Counted from the first letter of the whole stretch, positions 51,774 to 63,084 are shown. The stretch is 63,084 nt of DNA, filler included, from Phoronis australis (GCA_002633005.1; 9 parts of 9 records of this genome joined end to end with filler, not necessarily neighbours in it); one strand, 5' to 3'. Notes: generated by a model not told the origin, from the sequence alone. Program-made: numbers and translations.

Positions 51774-52296
51774 AGGACAATATTTATCATTCAGAAACAT
51801 CGGCTCTTAATGCAGGATCGTCTGTTGGATGACTGGGTTGACTCGCCGAGCCCGGGAGGATCCAGTTCGTAAGGCTCAAAGTAGAAAAGTACGCAGCCGG
51901 AAGCACATCAAACTTGTTCTCGTTTTCGTGCAACCCCATTTCCTCATCCTGGCCACCATTCCCGTTCATTTCTTCATAGTATTCCTTCAATTCTTGCTCA
52001 TAATCGTCGTCGCTTTCAAGTTCACTGCATTCCGCAATTGTTCAATGCTAGTCACTGATCTCTTGTGCTCAACCCATGACGTCACATGGCGGGAAATGTG
52101 AAAATGGGCAAAAGTGAAAGAAAATCAAAATTTCGAGCTAATTACATAAAATAAACATGGGTTTAGCTAAATTTTACGTCATACATTTAGTCTGTGGCCA
52201 CCGGTAATTCAAAATGTACAAAAAGCCATGGTGTGTAGTGTTTAAAATATCGCAAAAGCTCCCCACAGCGCTTAATGTCCCCAAAACTTAGCAGCT

Positions 52297-52363
52297 TTAG
52301 TCAAGGAGCGCGACTCTTAGTCAAGGAGCGCGACTCTTAGTCAAGGAGCGCGACTCTTAGTCA
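52297..52363. repeat. 20-bp tandem repeat, 3 copies
   Basis: ttagtcaaggagcgcgactc x3. Confidence 0.95.
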
Positions 52364-55121
52364 TTTTACGTCATGCATTTAGTCTGTGGCCACCGGTAAT
52401 TCAAAATGTGCAAAAATCCATGGTGTGTACTGTTTAAATTCCCTACGTCCTCCATACGGCAAACTCAGAGGCTGGTCAAGCTGGGCGTCGTAATATTTGT
52501 CAAGCAGTGAAAATCTCTGATGCTGAGAAGCCTAAGTTGTGGCACGTGTAGGACCGTAAAGAGACACTAAGACCCTTGTGAACTATAGCAATTCTAGTAT
52601 CGGCAATCATTATTATGAGTTTGTGTGTTTTGTGTGAGTGTTTGAGAGCTAATATCTATTTTGTTATTAACTTGTTCTATTTTGTGTCTTGAGAAATTGT
52701 CTGACACTAGACGAAATTGACAGCCGTAAACAATTCTATTGGAAAATTCAGCCGCAAAATGAGGAACCCTAACCATTTCTAGCCACTCCCCGGTACCAGG
52801 GCATAAATTAGGGACAACTAAAAAATAAGTATTGGCCAATTATCTTAGTTGTATATGAACATGCGATGTGATCAACAGGTGGCGTGGAGGTCAGATTTTA
52901 AAATATTAGCGGTAATCCCGATTATTTTCCTCAAAAAACGCAATACTTCAGATTTGTATGTAGGCTCCTGTCTCTAAATATGCACACATTCAGTAACGAA
53001 TGATGTTCATGGGTACACGTGAAATTAGTGGTCAAAGAACTGTAATGAGTGGATGAGCCAGGAAGGCTGTTGCGGAGGCTGTGATTATTAGAGGAGACAA
53101 GTGATGATAAAGTCCCTGCGATTTGTGAGATTAGGTGCTGGGAAAGTGGAAGTGTAAACTGTTCGATAAAAGTTTTTCGTTCACGCGTAAAAAAGAAATG
53201 CGTGTAAGAGTATGTTTACCCACCGTTTATTGTCACTTATTACAAATTGATACGGACAACACAACAGCAGCATATATTCGCTTCTAAAACAGGTTGACGT
53301 GAGAGAGACACGTTGACCACCATGAGTTCAGTTGCGTCGGCGCTATAGGGAGTTTTACGTTTATTCTGATTCTAGCCAAAACAAGCTTCATACAGCTAAC
53401 GACAATCAAGTGTTTTTTTGGTTAGTCGGCTGAAGAGTCACACTTGCAGGATCGGCGGTTTTACGGAAGATTATCATTCACTTTTTGCAAACGTCGCAAA
53501 GATAGTATGATATATTGCATGCATGCTGTAACGCATTCTTCCATCCATCCGATTTTTTAAAAACCAAACTTTCATGTTGCTCAGAAAATTCAAATACATC
53601 CGATTTTACAACAAATTCAAGTCACGTTTAATTAAATCTTCGAATACGAGAATGAGTAGTCCGATTCTGTTCATGTCAGTAACGAAGTGTTTGTCGAATG
53701 CCAGGATATCATTAAAATTGTTTTAGCACACCGCCCACCATTCTCAGACAGAGCCTTGCGCAAACAGCAAATGCAGTCATCGTCAAGGAAGGATTGGAGA
53801 AATCAGATCCATTTTGCACCACAGCTAGTGTATAGTCCTCGCCAGCCCCTAGTAAAATAATGCAAATAAAGACAACATAGAGTGACAGGTTTGCCCTTTC
53901 CCGCACACGCACTCATTTAAAACAGCGTTCAGTACAACTTGACTCAAACCACGTACCGCTGTAAAGCGATCACAACCTTTTCCTTACTCGAATGGAAAGT
54001 GGTGTCTGCATTTGCGAAGAATATGCGTACGGACAAACAACCAGTTTTTCGAAGACCTTAAGTCCTCTTCAAGTTGGCTAAGAACAATTTGAGACCTATT
54101 TCGTATCGGTATATGTTCTAAATTAAAAGTTTTCGTGAAGGAAAACTGATTTGTTGACCGTTTTAACCATACAGCATACATAGAACAAATTGGCTGCAAT
54201 AATGTTGCTTCAACAGCTCAAATATCTTGTTCAATGATTTAAATACCAGAAACATTCAATGATTTTACTTTTTTCAGCGAGATCGGTAACTTTAGGACGT
54301 GGCACTCCACACATAACAACCTCTTTCGCAGCGCGCTGCGTTCTAGTAGCAATTATGAACTTCTATTTTGCACGTATTTACACGTAAGTTGAATATGCAA
54401 GGTCAAAATCCAACTTGACAGACCACAATTATTATTTCCGAATGAATATTTCCACTCGTTTCGTTGCCCGAGCTCAAAGCATTCTTTCTCTGGAACGACA
54501 CGTGACTTGTCCGCGCATATAAATGCTGGCACGGATTACTGTATAGCAAAAACACTGTGCTGCAAAATTTGGCCTAACTATTGCATTCAAAACGTTACTT
54601 TCAAAACCTACGATTCCCAATGACCTGAAATACAGTGCCGTAAAAGTGAACCCGATCCTGTGATGGTCACGAGCATGGGAGAGAGTGTTTTATTGGCTCA
54701 GAAAGTTTCATAACAACAACAAAGGTGTTACACCGATAATTCTTCTGAAATTTCTGGGATTCCGAAAACAACACCAGCACGTGTGGGAACAACTGATGTT
54801 TTTAATGACATCGGCAATCGATGCGTTTGCATCACAGATTGTACATTTAATGGGTACGCTTCAACCGAGCAAGAATGTAGAAAGTGCCAGGCAGGCAATT
54901 CTAGGCTCGACAACCCGTGAATTGAATTTGGATAGGTGCTAGTGTTTACTCGCACCTGAGATAAAATGAACTACTGGCTGCTTGAATTTTTGTTCAAGTA
55001 AAGTGATATCGTCTAAAAATCGCTTGTCTGTTTATGCAGGGAGTGCTTCCAAAGACGACCAGTATCCCCCAACCCTTTTGTATATGAGGTCACACGCTAT
55101 CCTTAAACATGTGATTTCAAA

Positions 55122-55484
55122 AGTAAACCATATAGATGCTGGAGTGCCGTGCATTCACCGACAGATAAGAATAAAAAATAGTGAAAAAGTAATAATAAAA
55201 CGACGAGCGTCAGTACTGAAATATATTAAAATATTTCCGACGTTTCGAGCGATGAGCTCTTTGTCAAGGTGTGCTACACACTTCCGAATAGTTGGATATA
55301 CTGTAAATAAAATTGCACATGTGACTGCACGTGACTGCGATTTTATTTATATCCATTTATTCGGCAGCCTGTATCATACATGTACGCTTGACAAAGAGCG
55401 TGTCGCTGGAAACGCGAGAAATATTTTAAAATATTTTAGTAACGAGGCTCATCGTTTCACTTTTACTATTATTTTTTACTATTT
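55122..55484. mobile_element. Inverted-arm insertion resembling a Penelope-like element end
   Basis: Arms at about 55175-55271 and 55385-55484 are inverse, each with cttgacaaagagc..gct.gaaacg. The insertion is flanked by a 14-bp direct repeat catgtgatttcaaa. Confidence 0.55.
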
Positions 55485-58400
55485 CATGTGATTTCAAATC
55501 GTTTTATTGCCCAGTCCTTTGTACTGAGTTCGTGTATAAAAGATCGTGCTTCTCAACACAGAAGAGATTAATCCTTAATAAAAATGTTGCATGGAAAGTC
55601 AAGGTGAAATTTGATATTTCAAAGAAATGTTCCAGGAATGACCACATACACTGAAATTCCTTACGCACATGCAGTAGAAGCCGCATACGAGCGCATAACG
55701 TGAGCAATCAAATTTTTGGAAAGTACAAATAAAACCAACTAGTAATCGTTGAGTGATTATAAAAACAGTGATGTACGTGTTCATGTACGTACATATATTA
55801 TTAGCGTAGGGATAAAGATTGCATTGCAATACTTACAATCACATACGTTGCACATAAACGGACACTCCTGTGGAACATTGACGTATTTCTTACAGTTGTT
55901 CCGAAAAGGAGCTCTGTTACAGTACTTCGGGTCCTTTGCCGATTTGCAAAATACTAAATAAACAAAAAATCATGAGCCAACGCATCTGCCATACAGTCCA
56001 CAAACACGATAAGTTACAATGGGGTTCAGCAATTTACGTATAATCTGGACATACAGAAGTAGTTCAATGTGAACTTTTCAATTGTTCTATTGATTCAGAT
56101 TTCCTTTCTTGGCCGCTGAAGAACCAACACAAAACCTTTGGACTTCAACTCAAACTACATGTATTGTATCGTGTTACAGCGTATGTATTAAGTTTTAAGC
56201 GTGTTGGAGTTATTTTGGGACCATCTGCATTTCCCCTGCTTTTGATAAAAATGAAATGATGAATCCTAATTAGAGGCATACCTACTGCCAACAGAGTGGG
56301 AAGATATCGGGGCCCTCCATGATATGCTTTATAATACAACCTACAGCTTTGGGCTCGCTATTAGTGTAAAAACAACTTATTGGAAAATCAGTCATGAAAC
56401 TACTCATATGTAGCCATTTAATTTTCACGGTGCCTGTATGAAAACAGAGACTCGAGCAAATTACCTCCAAACTCACCGGTATAGAGTTAACTAAAAAAAG
56501 TTAAACAAACGCAGTGCAATGGTCAATTGCACGGAATACGTCGAGGCTGACTGAAAATTGAAAGGCGGCGTCTTCTCTCACATATAAAAGTATTTGAATT
56601 CAGGAGATACTGCGGCGAACATAAAAAATCACAAATTAAAAAACTGGCACGATTATTGTCATGGTCAAGAAGCTTGACAATGATATTATTCATACATGTA
56701 CAAAGGCCTCTTATGCTGACAGATCACTCAATATGAATGTTGGAGCTTAGAATGTACATGCTGTAGTTTGTGGTAGAGCTTTTACTTGACGGATCTTTGT
56801 AAAATATTCTGTTACGATAGTTTGCTTCCTGTCTAATATTGTACCTGGTGGCAATATTAAGTCAATATCGAAACGTCGCTTACATCCTGCATTCTGGCGT
56901 CGATTTTGTTCTGCATTTCTTACTACTCATTTCGTTAAAACAGAGCGGTAGCAGAATTCAAACCACAGAAACGTTGTGTCTGTCATATATAGCGGGTAAC
57001 ATTAAATTACTAAAATAGTTTATCTATGATTTCTCACTGCTTCAAAATCAACATAATTCTTCGAACCCCTTCAAATTACTGGAGTTAGCGTGAAGGCTGA
57101 AGATTTATTAGGTTCACTTTAGACTGTTCTGTTTGATCTTGGAAGTCTTACATGATATCCTTTCCGTACACGCCAGGTAGAGAAGTATGCGAAGGCATTT
57201 TGGTGGTGCCTTATTTTGAGAGCCAATTTCATCCAGAAAAACATTGTTACACAAAGATTATATGACCCCGAAAAATGACCTGCGCGTGAGTTGTCCTGAT
57301 TCAGTTGCAGTTGGACTCTCTTCTTGTGAGAACTCAGCTGTCTCAGATATCTTGATCGCAGATGTCTTTCTTGGAGTTTTGGTTGGCCCTTTCACGTCTG
57401 AATTGCTTGCGAAACTCAATGAAAGCAGGCCTGTAGCCAGGGGGGCTCGGTAGGTGCGATCGAACCCCTCCCGCGAACAGGCTCCAGCCCTAGTACATCC
57501 GTTACGCATAGGATTTTTTGCAGTTATTACCAGTACTACTAACCGCTATAATAGTCAACTGGGTAATAAATTAATTTCTTAATCACAGCGCTTTACGTAA
57601 TCACTTGGGCCCTACCAGACCAAGTTGCCATGTGTTAACGTACTAGATGACAACAGGCTCACGCAGGCGATTAGAGGACGCACCTACTACCACACTGAAC
57701 ATGTGTGGTGACTATAGCAGCGACAAGTCCACAAAAGTAGTATGTACATATAAATGGGTCAATCCATTAACCAAAAAAACAGCACAAGATAGGTTTGTTA
57801 TCTGATTTTTCTTTATAGTTGCCAGCATAATGATGTGCAGGCTTTTTAATTTCCGAATTATAAAAGATCGTTAAATACATTATGCTGTTCATTCAGTGTA
57901 CATTTTGGTTGTGTACTGGTAGATTGACTTGCATGTGATGTGTGCGTTTTCATTATTTTAATACAGTTTGCATAATTTCAATAAGTAGTCCTAGTGTCGT
58001 TGCTCAAAAAGCAGACATTTCACTACCATGGTTTCTTGCAATGAGAAAATCCAGCCGACGTACATGTCCACACATTATTTGGTAAAAGTCTTCTCTTGTA
58101 AATTATTGCCGATGGTGCACAACCTCGAAGACTTCATACGACCAACAAACTTGATGGAAAAAAATCGCAAGGTCACATACATGTAGATGTACGTGTATAT
58201 CACTACTCCAAACGCTCACTATTGCGAAACCATGTTCAAAAGCCCTACAGTTTACTATGTCTGCTAATGAGGTGGAAACTATTGTATTTGCGTCCATTTA
58301 GTAACCATATAAAGAACAAGCAAAAATTGAATAGTTCCTAAAAACATTGATTGCGTTGTTTGCAAATGACTCAGTTCCAATCACTGGCAATCGCTATATT

Positions 58401-59009
58401 CTCGAATCTAAAATGACTAATTTTCAAACGAGGGCGACATTTGAGGCCCGGGCATAATTTATTTAATATCTGGGTAGCAGCTAATTAGGGGAAGACAGGA
58501 TAAGACTCTCAGATCTGGTGAAAACTGACTGGGATAGGGTAACCTACTACATTTAGTACCGACTCGGCCATTCCCATTTCCGTTTCCGTAAGTGAGGCTG
58601 AAGTGCCGCGGATAAACTTCTATGTCGCGCTGGGAAATGATGCGATCTTGACATGGATTTGGTGAATGTATGGTGGTTAGTAATTCATTAATATTCCTAC
58701 TGCATGCTCTTTTTAAATTGCAAGTACACATTCATTTTTCCGTATACATAAGAAATGCATTGGAGCCCACTCTCCCATGCACAAGAAACCTCAACAGTTA
58801 AAGTGTAATACACTGTACCTTCCTTTTCTTCGGGTTTTAACAAACCATCAATATACCGATCCTTATGTATTGGCGCATGTTAATGATAAACAAAACAAAG
58901 TACGGGTAAGTATGAGGATAAAAACAAGTTTTATTATTTACAGAGTAACGTTGATGTTTGAGAAGTGACTCGTGAACATCTTTACTGTTTCTGATGAGAT
59001 GGGATGTGG

Positions 59010-59850
59010 GGAGAGTGTTCCACACTAAAAAAGTAGATGGGAAGAAAGTTTTTGCGCAGTATGCAGTGCGAATGTGTGTTCTCTCACAGGTATGAGTGTG
59101 GGAATTACGTGATTTACAAATATGTGTGGGTAGAAGGTACATGTATGTCTGGAAATGGCAACCAGGGTGTGTATTCCTTGAACAGTGGGCCATTTGAGAG
59201 TGGTAAGCATAGACGAAGCACTGAGCATGAGAAGAGTATCTGGAGTGGTCAATAAGGTGGAACTTGGCTGCTCTACGCTGTAATCTTTCTATCCTGTCAA
59301 TATTTGAGCAAGTGGAGGAGGAATATTCAAGTTTGAGTCACTGGTGACGCGTGGGTCATTGCTTTTGTTTCACGAGATGCATATTTGAGATTCTGTTTAA
59401 TCAAGTCAAGAGTTCTGTTTCCGTTAGACGGGCGATTGAGTCTGTGTGAGTTTTCCATGATAAATTATTAGTAAGTGTGACACCAAGATATGGGGCTTGA
59501 TTTAAGTATCTGAGCCATGCGTTCTGAAGACTGTAATTGTATAGTTGGGGGAACGTTTTTTATGGACACTGACGTACAATATTGCATTTGGAAACGTTCG
59601 AATCCATTTTCCAGGGAGTCTACGGAGCCTAAGTTTTGTTGAAGTCTTTGGCAATCATGGGGAAGCAATAGTTATATAGCAGACTGCATCATCGGCAAGT
59701 AGACGGACATTTGAAAGAATGGAGTCATGAAGATCTTTATTATAGAGTATGAAGAGTGCAAGGCCTAAGACTGAGCACTGGAGCATTGAACTGGGGGGAA
59801 ATTTTGAGAACTCGCCATCGAAGACGACTTTATGTGTTCTATGATATAGA
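59010..59850 (-). pseudogene. 5'-truncated LINE (CR1/L2-like) reverse transcriptase fragment
   Basis: VVFDGEFS...QCSVLGLALFILYNKDLHDSILSNVRLLADDAVCY (QGSVLGP.LF..Y.ND...FADD), followed by DCQRLQQNL and the C-terminal FFPSTFLVWNTLP motif. Multiple disruptions. Confidence 0.85.
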
Positions 59851-60439
59851 AAGGAGTGGCGTTGTTCTCGGTATACTAGGTACGCCACAACGTCTAAACT
59901 GAAACGTGTAATTTTTCATATGGAAGTATAAAGATAACACCTCAGTACGCAATGTCACACATTTTCTGGGTAGTGAACCTTAATGTTGGTGTTGTGGGCT
60001 GCTCCCATTTCCATTGCAATTAGCAATTTAAGTAGTCTAACCTGACAAAACTTTTTTCAAGTCATTATCTGACTAACTGTATCCCTTCTAGTACGTGATG
60101 GAGTATATTTGGGTCCCGTTCCCTGCGAGTAACCGTTATGGCATCCGCATTTCTGGATGTAGGGTTAAAGGCGAAGGCAACCTTTTCCCATGTCATTTTG
60201 AGCTAAAATAAGGTTGGTTGGTTATCCTAGACATACTTTCCACTTAATTACAGCTTTTCGTAATTTTATTAATTACTCGTCCGCTACTGCGGAAGTGACG
60301 TTTTAGGAGGCAAGCATTTCGCGCCAATTTCTTTTCATATACATGTAGTCTGACTGTGAGAGCTGAGGAGTCAGTCATTGTTTTACCTCGTTTGTGTTAA
60401 GTTCCGTCGTCATTTGCTGTCATTTACTAGTCAGTCAAC

Positions 60440-61066
60440 ATGCTACACTGTTGCTGCGTACCGGAATGTACTAATTATCGGCTCACGCGCGCTTTGGGAG
60501 TACCTTTGCATCGCTTTCCGATGGATGACACACTTCGCCGTACTTGGCTCGTTCGTGTGAAGAACGCAGCGTTACCCGTCCACGCAACGTACGAAGCAGT
60601 GGAGAACTATCGTGTGTGTGGCAAGCACTTTCTGCCTTCCGGTTACGAAAGGGATTTGTACGCTGAACTGATGAAGCTGCCTGCGAAACAACGCCTGAAG
60701 AAGGATGCCATTCCGTCTGTGTTGATTCCCGGCAGTGCCCCGTCGCCACACCCGAGAAGTGCGTTTTTGAAGCAAGAAGCCTCGAGAGCTGTAGCCAGTA
60801 CAGTGACTGGAGCCAGTGGAGGCACTTTATCTACTGTCACCCGTGCCTCCGAACGTACCCTAGAGCGTGCAATTCCTGGAACCAGTAGTGATTCGCCCTG
60901 TGCTGTTTTCTCCAGCCCAGAACCTCTAAGCAGCCCTGCAGCGATATTGAGTAGTGGCAGTGATTACAGGCCCAGTTCGACACCCAGTGAAGAGGACAGT
61001 TTGTCGTTCAGTGAACAGAGCAGTGAGCCAAACTTTGATAAGTTTATTGTGGACTTTCCTATTTAG
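60440..61066 (+). CDS. THAP-domain ORF (truncated Kolobok transposase N-terminus), 208 aa
   Basis: MLHCCCVPECTN...LHRFP....RRTW...RVCGKHF...LKKDAIPSV is a complete THAP signature followed by an S/T-rich linker. A shifted frame continues LFRRCQVCG...GHSGKW, like the Kolobok zinc-finger region. Confidence 0.85.
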   Translation: MLHCCCVPECTNYRLTRALGVPLHRFPMDDTLRRTWLVRVKNAALPVHATYEAVENYRVCGKHFLPSGYERDLYAELMKLPAKQRLKKDAIPSVLIPGSAPSPHPRSAFLKQEASRAVASTVTGASGGTLSTVTRASERTLERAIPGTSSDSPCAVFSSPEPLSSPAAILSSGSDYRPSSTPSEEDSLSFSEQSSEPNFDKFIVDFPI

Positions 61067-61123
61067 AAGGTGCCAGGTGTGTGGCGAGGGAGTCACACGA
61101 CACAATGTAAGCAGTTTGGGTGC

Positions 61124-61420
61124 TCAGGTCACCATCCAGTGAGAGGGTGTCGCGGGACACTCTGGCAAGTGGGACAGTTGTTCCTCTGTCCGCGGTATGC
61201 CGGTGGTCCACTTAACCATGTCCAGTAGTGGCTTGGCTTCGTCGAACTCTGAACAGCACAAGCATTTCATTGAGGTAGGCATAACAACGCACACAGTGCA
61301 TTTGCACCAAGATATGTCACTACGTCTGTCCTCAGTAGCCGCCTCGTTTCTCTCAACAGCTGCCTGTGCCTGTGCGTACTCTGCCTCGTTATACTCGGGC
61401 TCAAACATGTACCCACCCAC
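61124..61420 (-). pseudogene. Truncated KolX-like protein (P2X7 cytoplasmic ballast-type Cys cluster)
   Basis: YMFEPEY...RRSDISWCKCTVCVVMPTSMKCLCCSE matches the Y.FEP and WC.C..C..M....LCC.E pattern. Homology ends near 61220, where it meets the transposase stub. Confidence 0.8.
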
Positions 61421-62698
61421 TGAATGTCTGTGAAAAAATTCCTCGTCACCACTGCTGTGAACAAGGTCTCCGTCACTNCTCCTAAAACGTCACTTCCGGA
61501 GTAGCGGACGAGTAATCTATAAAATTACGAAAAGCTGTAATTAAGTGGAAAATATGTCTAGGATAACCAACCAACCTTATTTTAGCTCAAAATGACATGG
61601 AAAAAGGTTGCCTTCGCCTTTAAGAGTTCCGTTTCATCTCAAGAAAATGGAGCCATCAAAAGTCATTGTCGTGTGTATGGACTTCCCTTCTGCCGGGTTT
61701 AGCTGCGTACGGGCGCTACCGATAAAATGGTCTATGTTTGCGAAATAAGATGAAAAGGTAAAAGGTTTTCGAAATTCGAACCACCCTCCGTGTAATGCTG
61801 GCTACGAGCTCATTGGAAACGTTTGTCAATGTGAGTTCCTCGTAGACCGTTTCCAGAGTGTGATTTTGATGACTTCGATAACTTCACTCTCAGTGTGTTG
61901 CAACTGTTGCTTTGAAAAAGTTATATAAATTACCTGTAACCTTGAGAGTGGCAAACTACTAACATGCCGATTCCAGTGGGTATTCTATCGGCATCAGTCG
62001 TTTAGTAGTAATCGCCATGCGCCGAATATGTCAACATGCTTTGTGACACCCTATGTTTATATTTAGACGATCCATTTTGTGTTTCTGGAGGGTCTTTTCT
62101 AGATTGCATTTTTCTGGTATGTGTCATTCTGTATACACTGTGACGCAAATTAATCGTTATTAATATATCGAACATCTACTGACCTAGTTGAAACTTCCAT
62201 CAGCATGCAGTGGATTTGATGTTGGTCGGTGTCTGTATTGGCGCTGGCATGATCCTATATTAGTGGCACACGGTGAACTGTACACTTATTTACGTGTTAT
62301 ATGTAGTGTTTTGGCTGGCCAATTAAGGGGAGGGTTATTTGGTGTTTCCGGTATATCTTTGTCAGGTCGAACTTGTCTAGCATGGGTGATTTCATGCGCC
62401 GTGCCGCCCCTCGAATTTCTTATCAGGTAACCAAATTTTGTCTCGTTCATGAGATCCTCAGGGGCCCGTGCATAGAATACGGGTTAAACGATTATGCAAA
62501 TTATGTAGTGCACTCCAGTAGTCAAGTATTGGTATTTGGTTGATGGCACATGCAGTAGTTCACTTCCTGATGAAGTTCGTGTTAGTAGGCCTACACCCAT
62601 TGTACGTGCACATAATAATCGTTTGAAAGCATTTGACTTTTACACGGAAATGATGAGCACGAAAGAAAAGGCCTGGCACTGAACTGCTGATAACTTAC

Positions 62699-62809
62699 AC
62701 TTGCAGTTGTTCTCCGGCTTGTAATTCAGAGTCGACGAACCTTTACATTCGCACTGGCATGTGTTTGGGTCAATGATGCCGCCATTGTAACAAACCTTTC
62801 CTCTGCAAT
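62699..62809 (-). CDS. EGF-like Cys-rich exon, as found after CAP/CRISP domains in invertebrate secreted proteins
   Basis: Acceptor ttatcag| and donor T|gtaagt; 111 nt, phase 1-1. Reads DCRGKVCYNGGIIDPNTCQCECKGSSTLNYKPENNCK. Confidence 0.8.
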
Positions 62810-63064
62810 CTGATAACGAAGTTAGATAATATGAAACAAAACGAAACACCAACCCATAGTCTGATGTATAAATTAGCGTCCCAATCGCCTACTGAAAGTT
62901 AAAATCTGCACCACATTCATTGTGTAAATGTAAAACGAATCCACCATGCAAAGTGATCAGGAGGTTTAATAGTCATTGACTGTGGAGGTTGAAGTTACTT
63001 TCTCGCTGTTTTTTAGAATAAATGGCATAACGGCAACCAAAAATATTGATGGCGTAACACTTAC

Positions 63065-63084
63065 CACAAAGCCTGTCTCTGTCT
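63065..63084 (-). CDS. 3' end of an exon cut by the window edge
   Basis: Donor G|gtaagt. In phase 1 it reads DRDRLC and would join the EGF exon; the frame is ambiguous. Confidence 0.45.

Larger units (their letters stand above)
51336..52433. mobile_element. Degenerate internally deleted Kolobok element with duplicated right end
   Basis: TTAA|agtgtacacaacatg ... catggtgtgtactgt|TTAA imperfect TIR, with an alternative right end at 52241. It carries a THAP remnant on + and a KolX-like remnant on -. Confidence 0.7.
60169..61619. mobile_element. Internally deleted Kolobok DNA transposon with 141-bp TIRs
   Basis: TTAA at 60165-60168 and 61620-61623, AG..CT termini, and near-perfect TIRs at 60169-60309 and 61479-61619. 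It contains convergent THAP-transposase and KolX-like stubs. Confidence 0.92.

Noticed and set aside
54760-54920. Cys-rich peptide on the + strand
   Set aside because: Interrupted by stops and lacking splice sites.
57280-57397. S/T-rich minus-strand exon (DVKGPTKTPRK...)
   Set aside because: Weak polypyrimidine tract and donor, and no homology recognised.
60169-61619. piggyBac element or host THAP gene
   Set aside because: The termini are AG..CT rather than CC..GG, and the THAP ORF is intronless and enclosed by TIRs with a KolX-like partner.

Overview
This is AT-rich, intron-containing animal genomic DNA with a transposon complement typical of a marine invertebrate; the species cannot be determined. 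It is not one locus: eight identical 100-bp artificial spacers (44 N + TTAATTAATTAA + 44 N) join nine separate contigs, so adjacency across a spacer means nothing. Host genes appear only as isolated spliced exons. These are an A1CF/RBM47-family dsRBD-like exon (755-884, +), two TANGO1/cTAGE5 (MIA3/MIA2) coiled-coil exons (30736-31345, +), three lark/RBM4 exons (47837-51107, -), an EGF-like Cys-rich exon (62699-62809, -) and one or two orphan exons. The rest is largely DNA-transposon derived. It includes Kolobok elements with TTAA target duplications (two retain convergent THAP/transposase and P2X7-ballast-like KolX stubs), ISL2EU/PIF-Harbinger remnants and MITEs, an Academ transposase pseudogene, a Helentron-like higher-order tandem array, a LINE RT fragment, SINE-like heads and several tandem repeats. 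The most notable observations are a compact Kolobok derivative with 141-bp TIRs and an intact THAP ORF facing a ballast-like ORF, the same two-stub design recurring in three elements, inverted MITE copies bracketing a frame-preserving lark exon, and a Penelope/hammerhead-like inverted insertion with a 14-bp target duplication. All family assignments come from motif recognition by eye; no searches were run.
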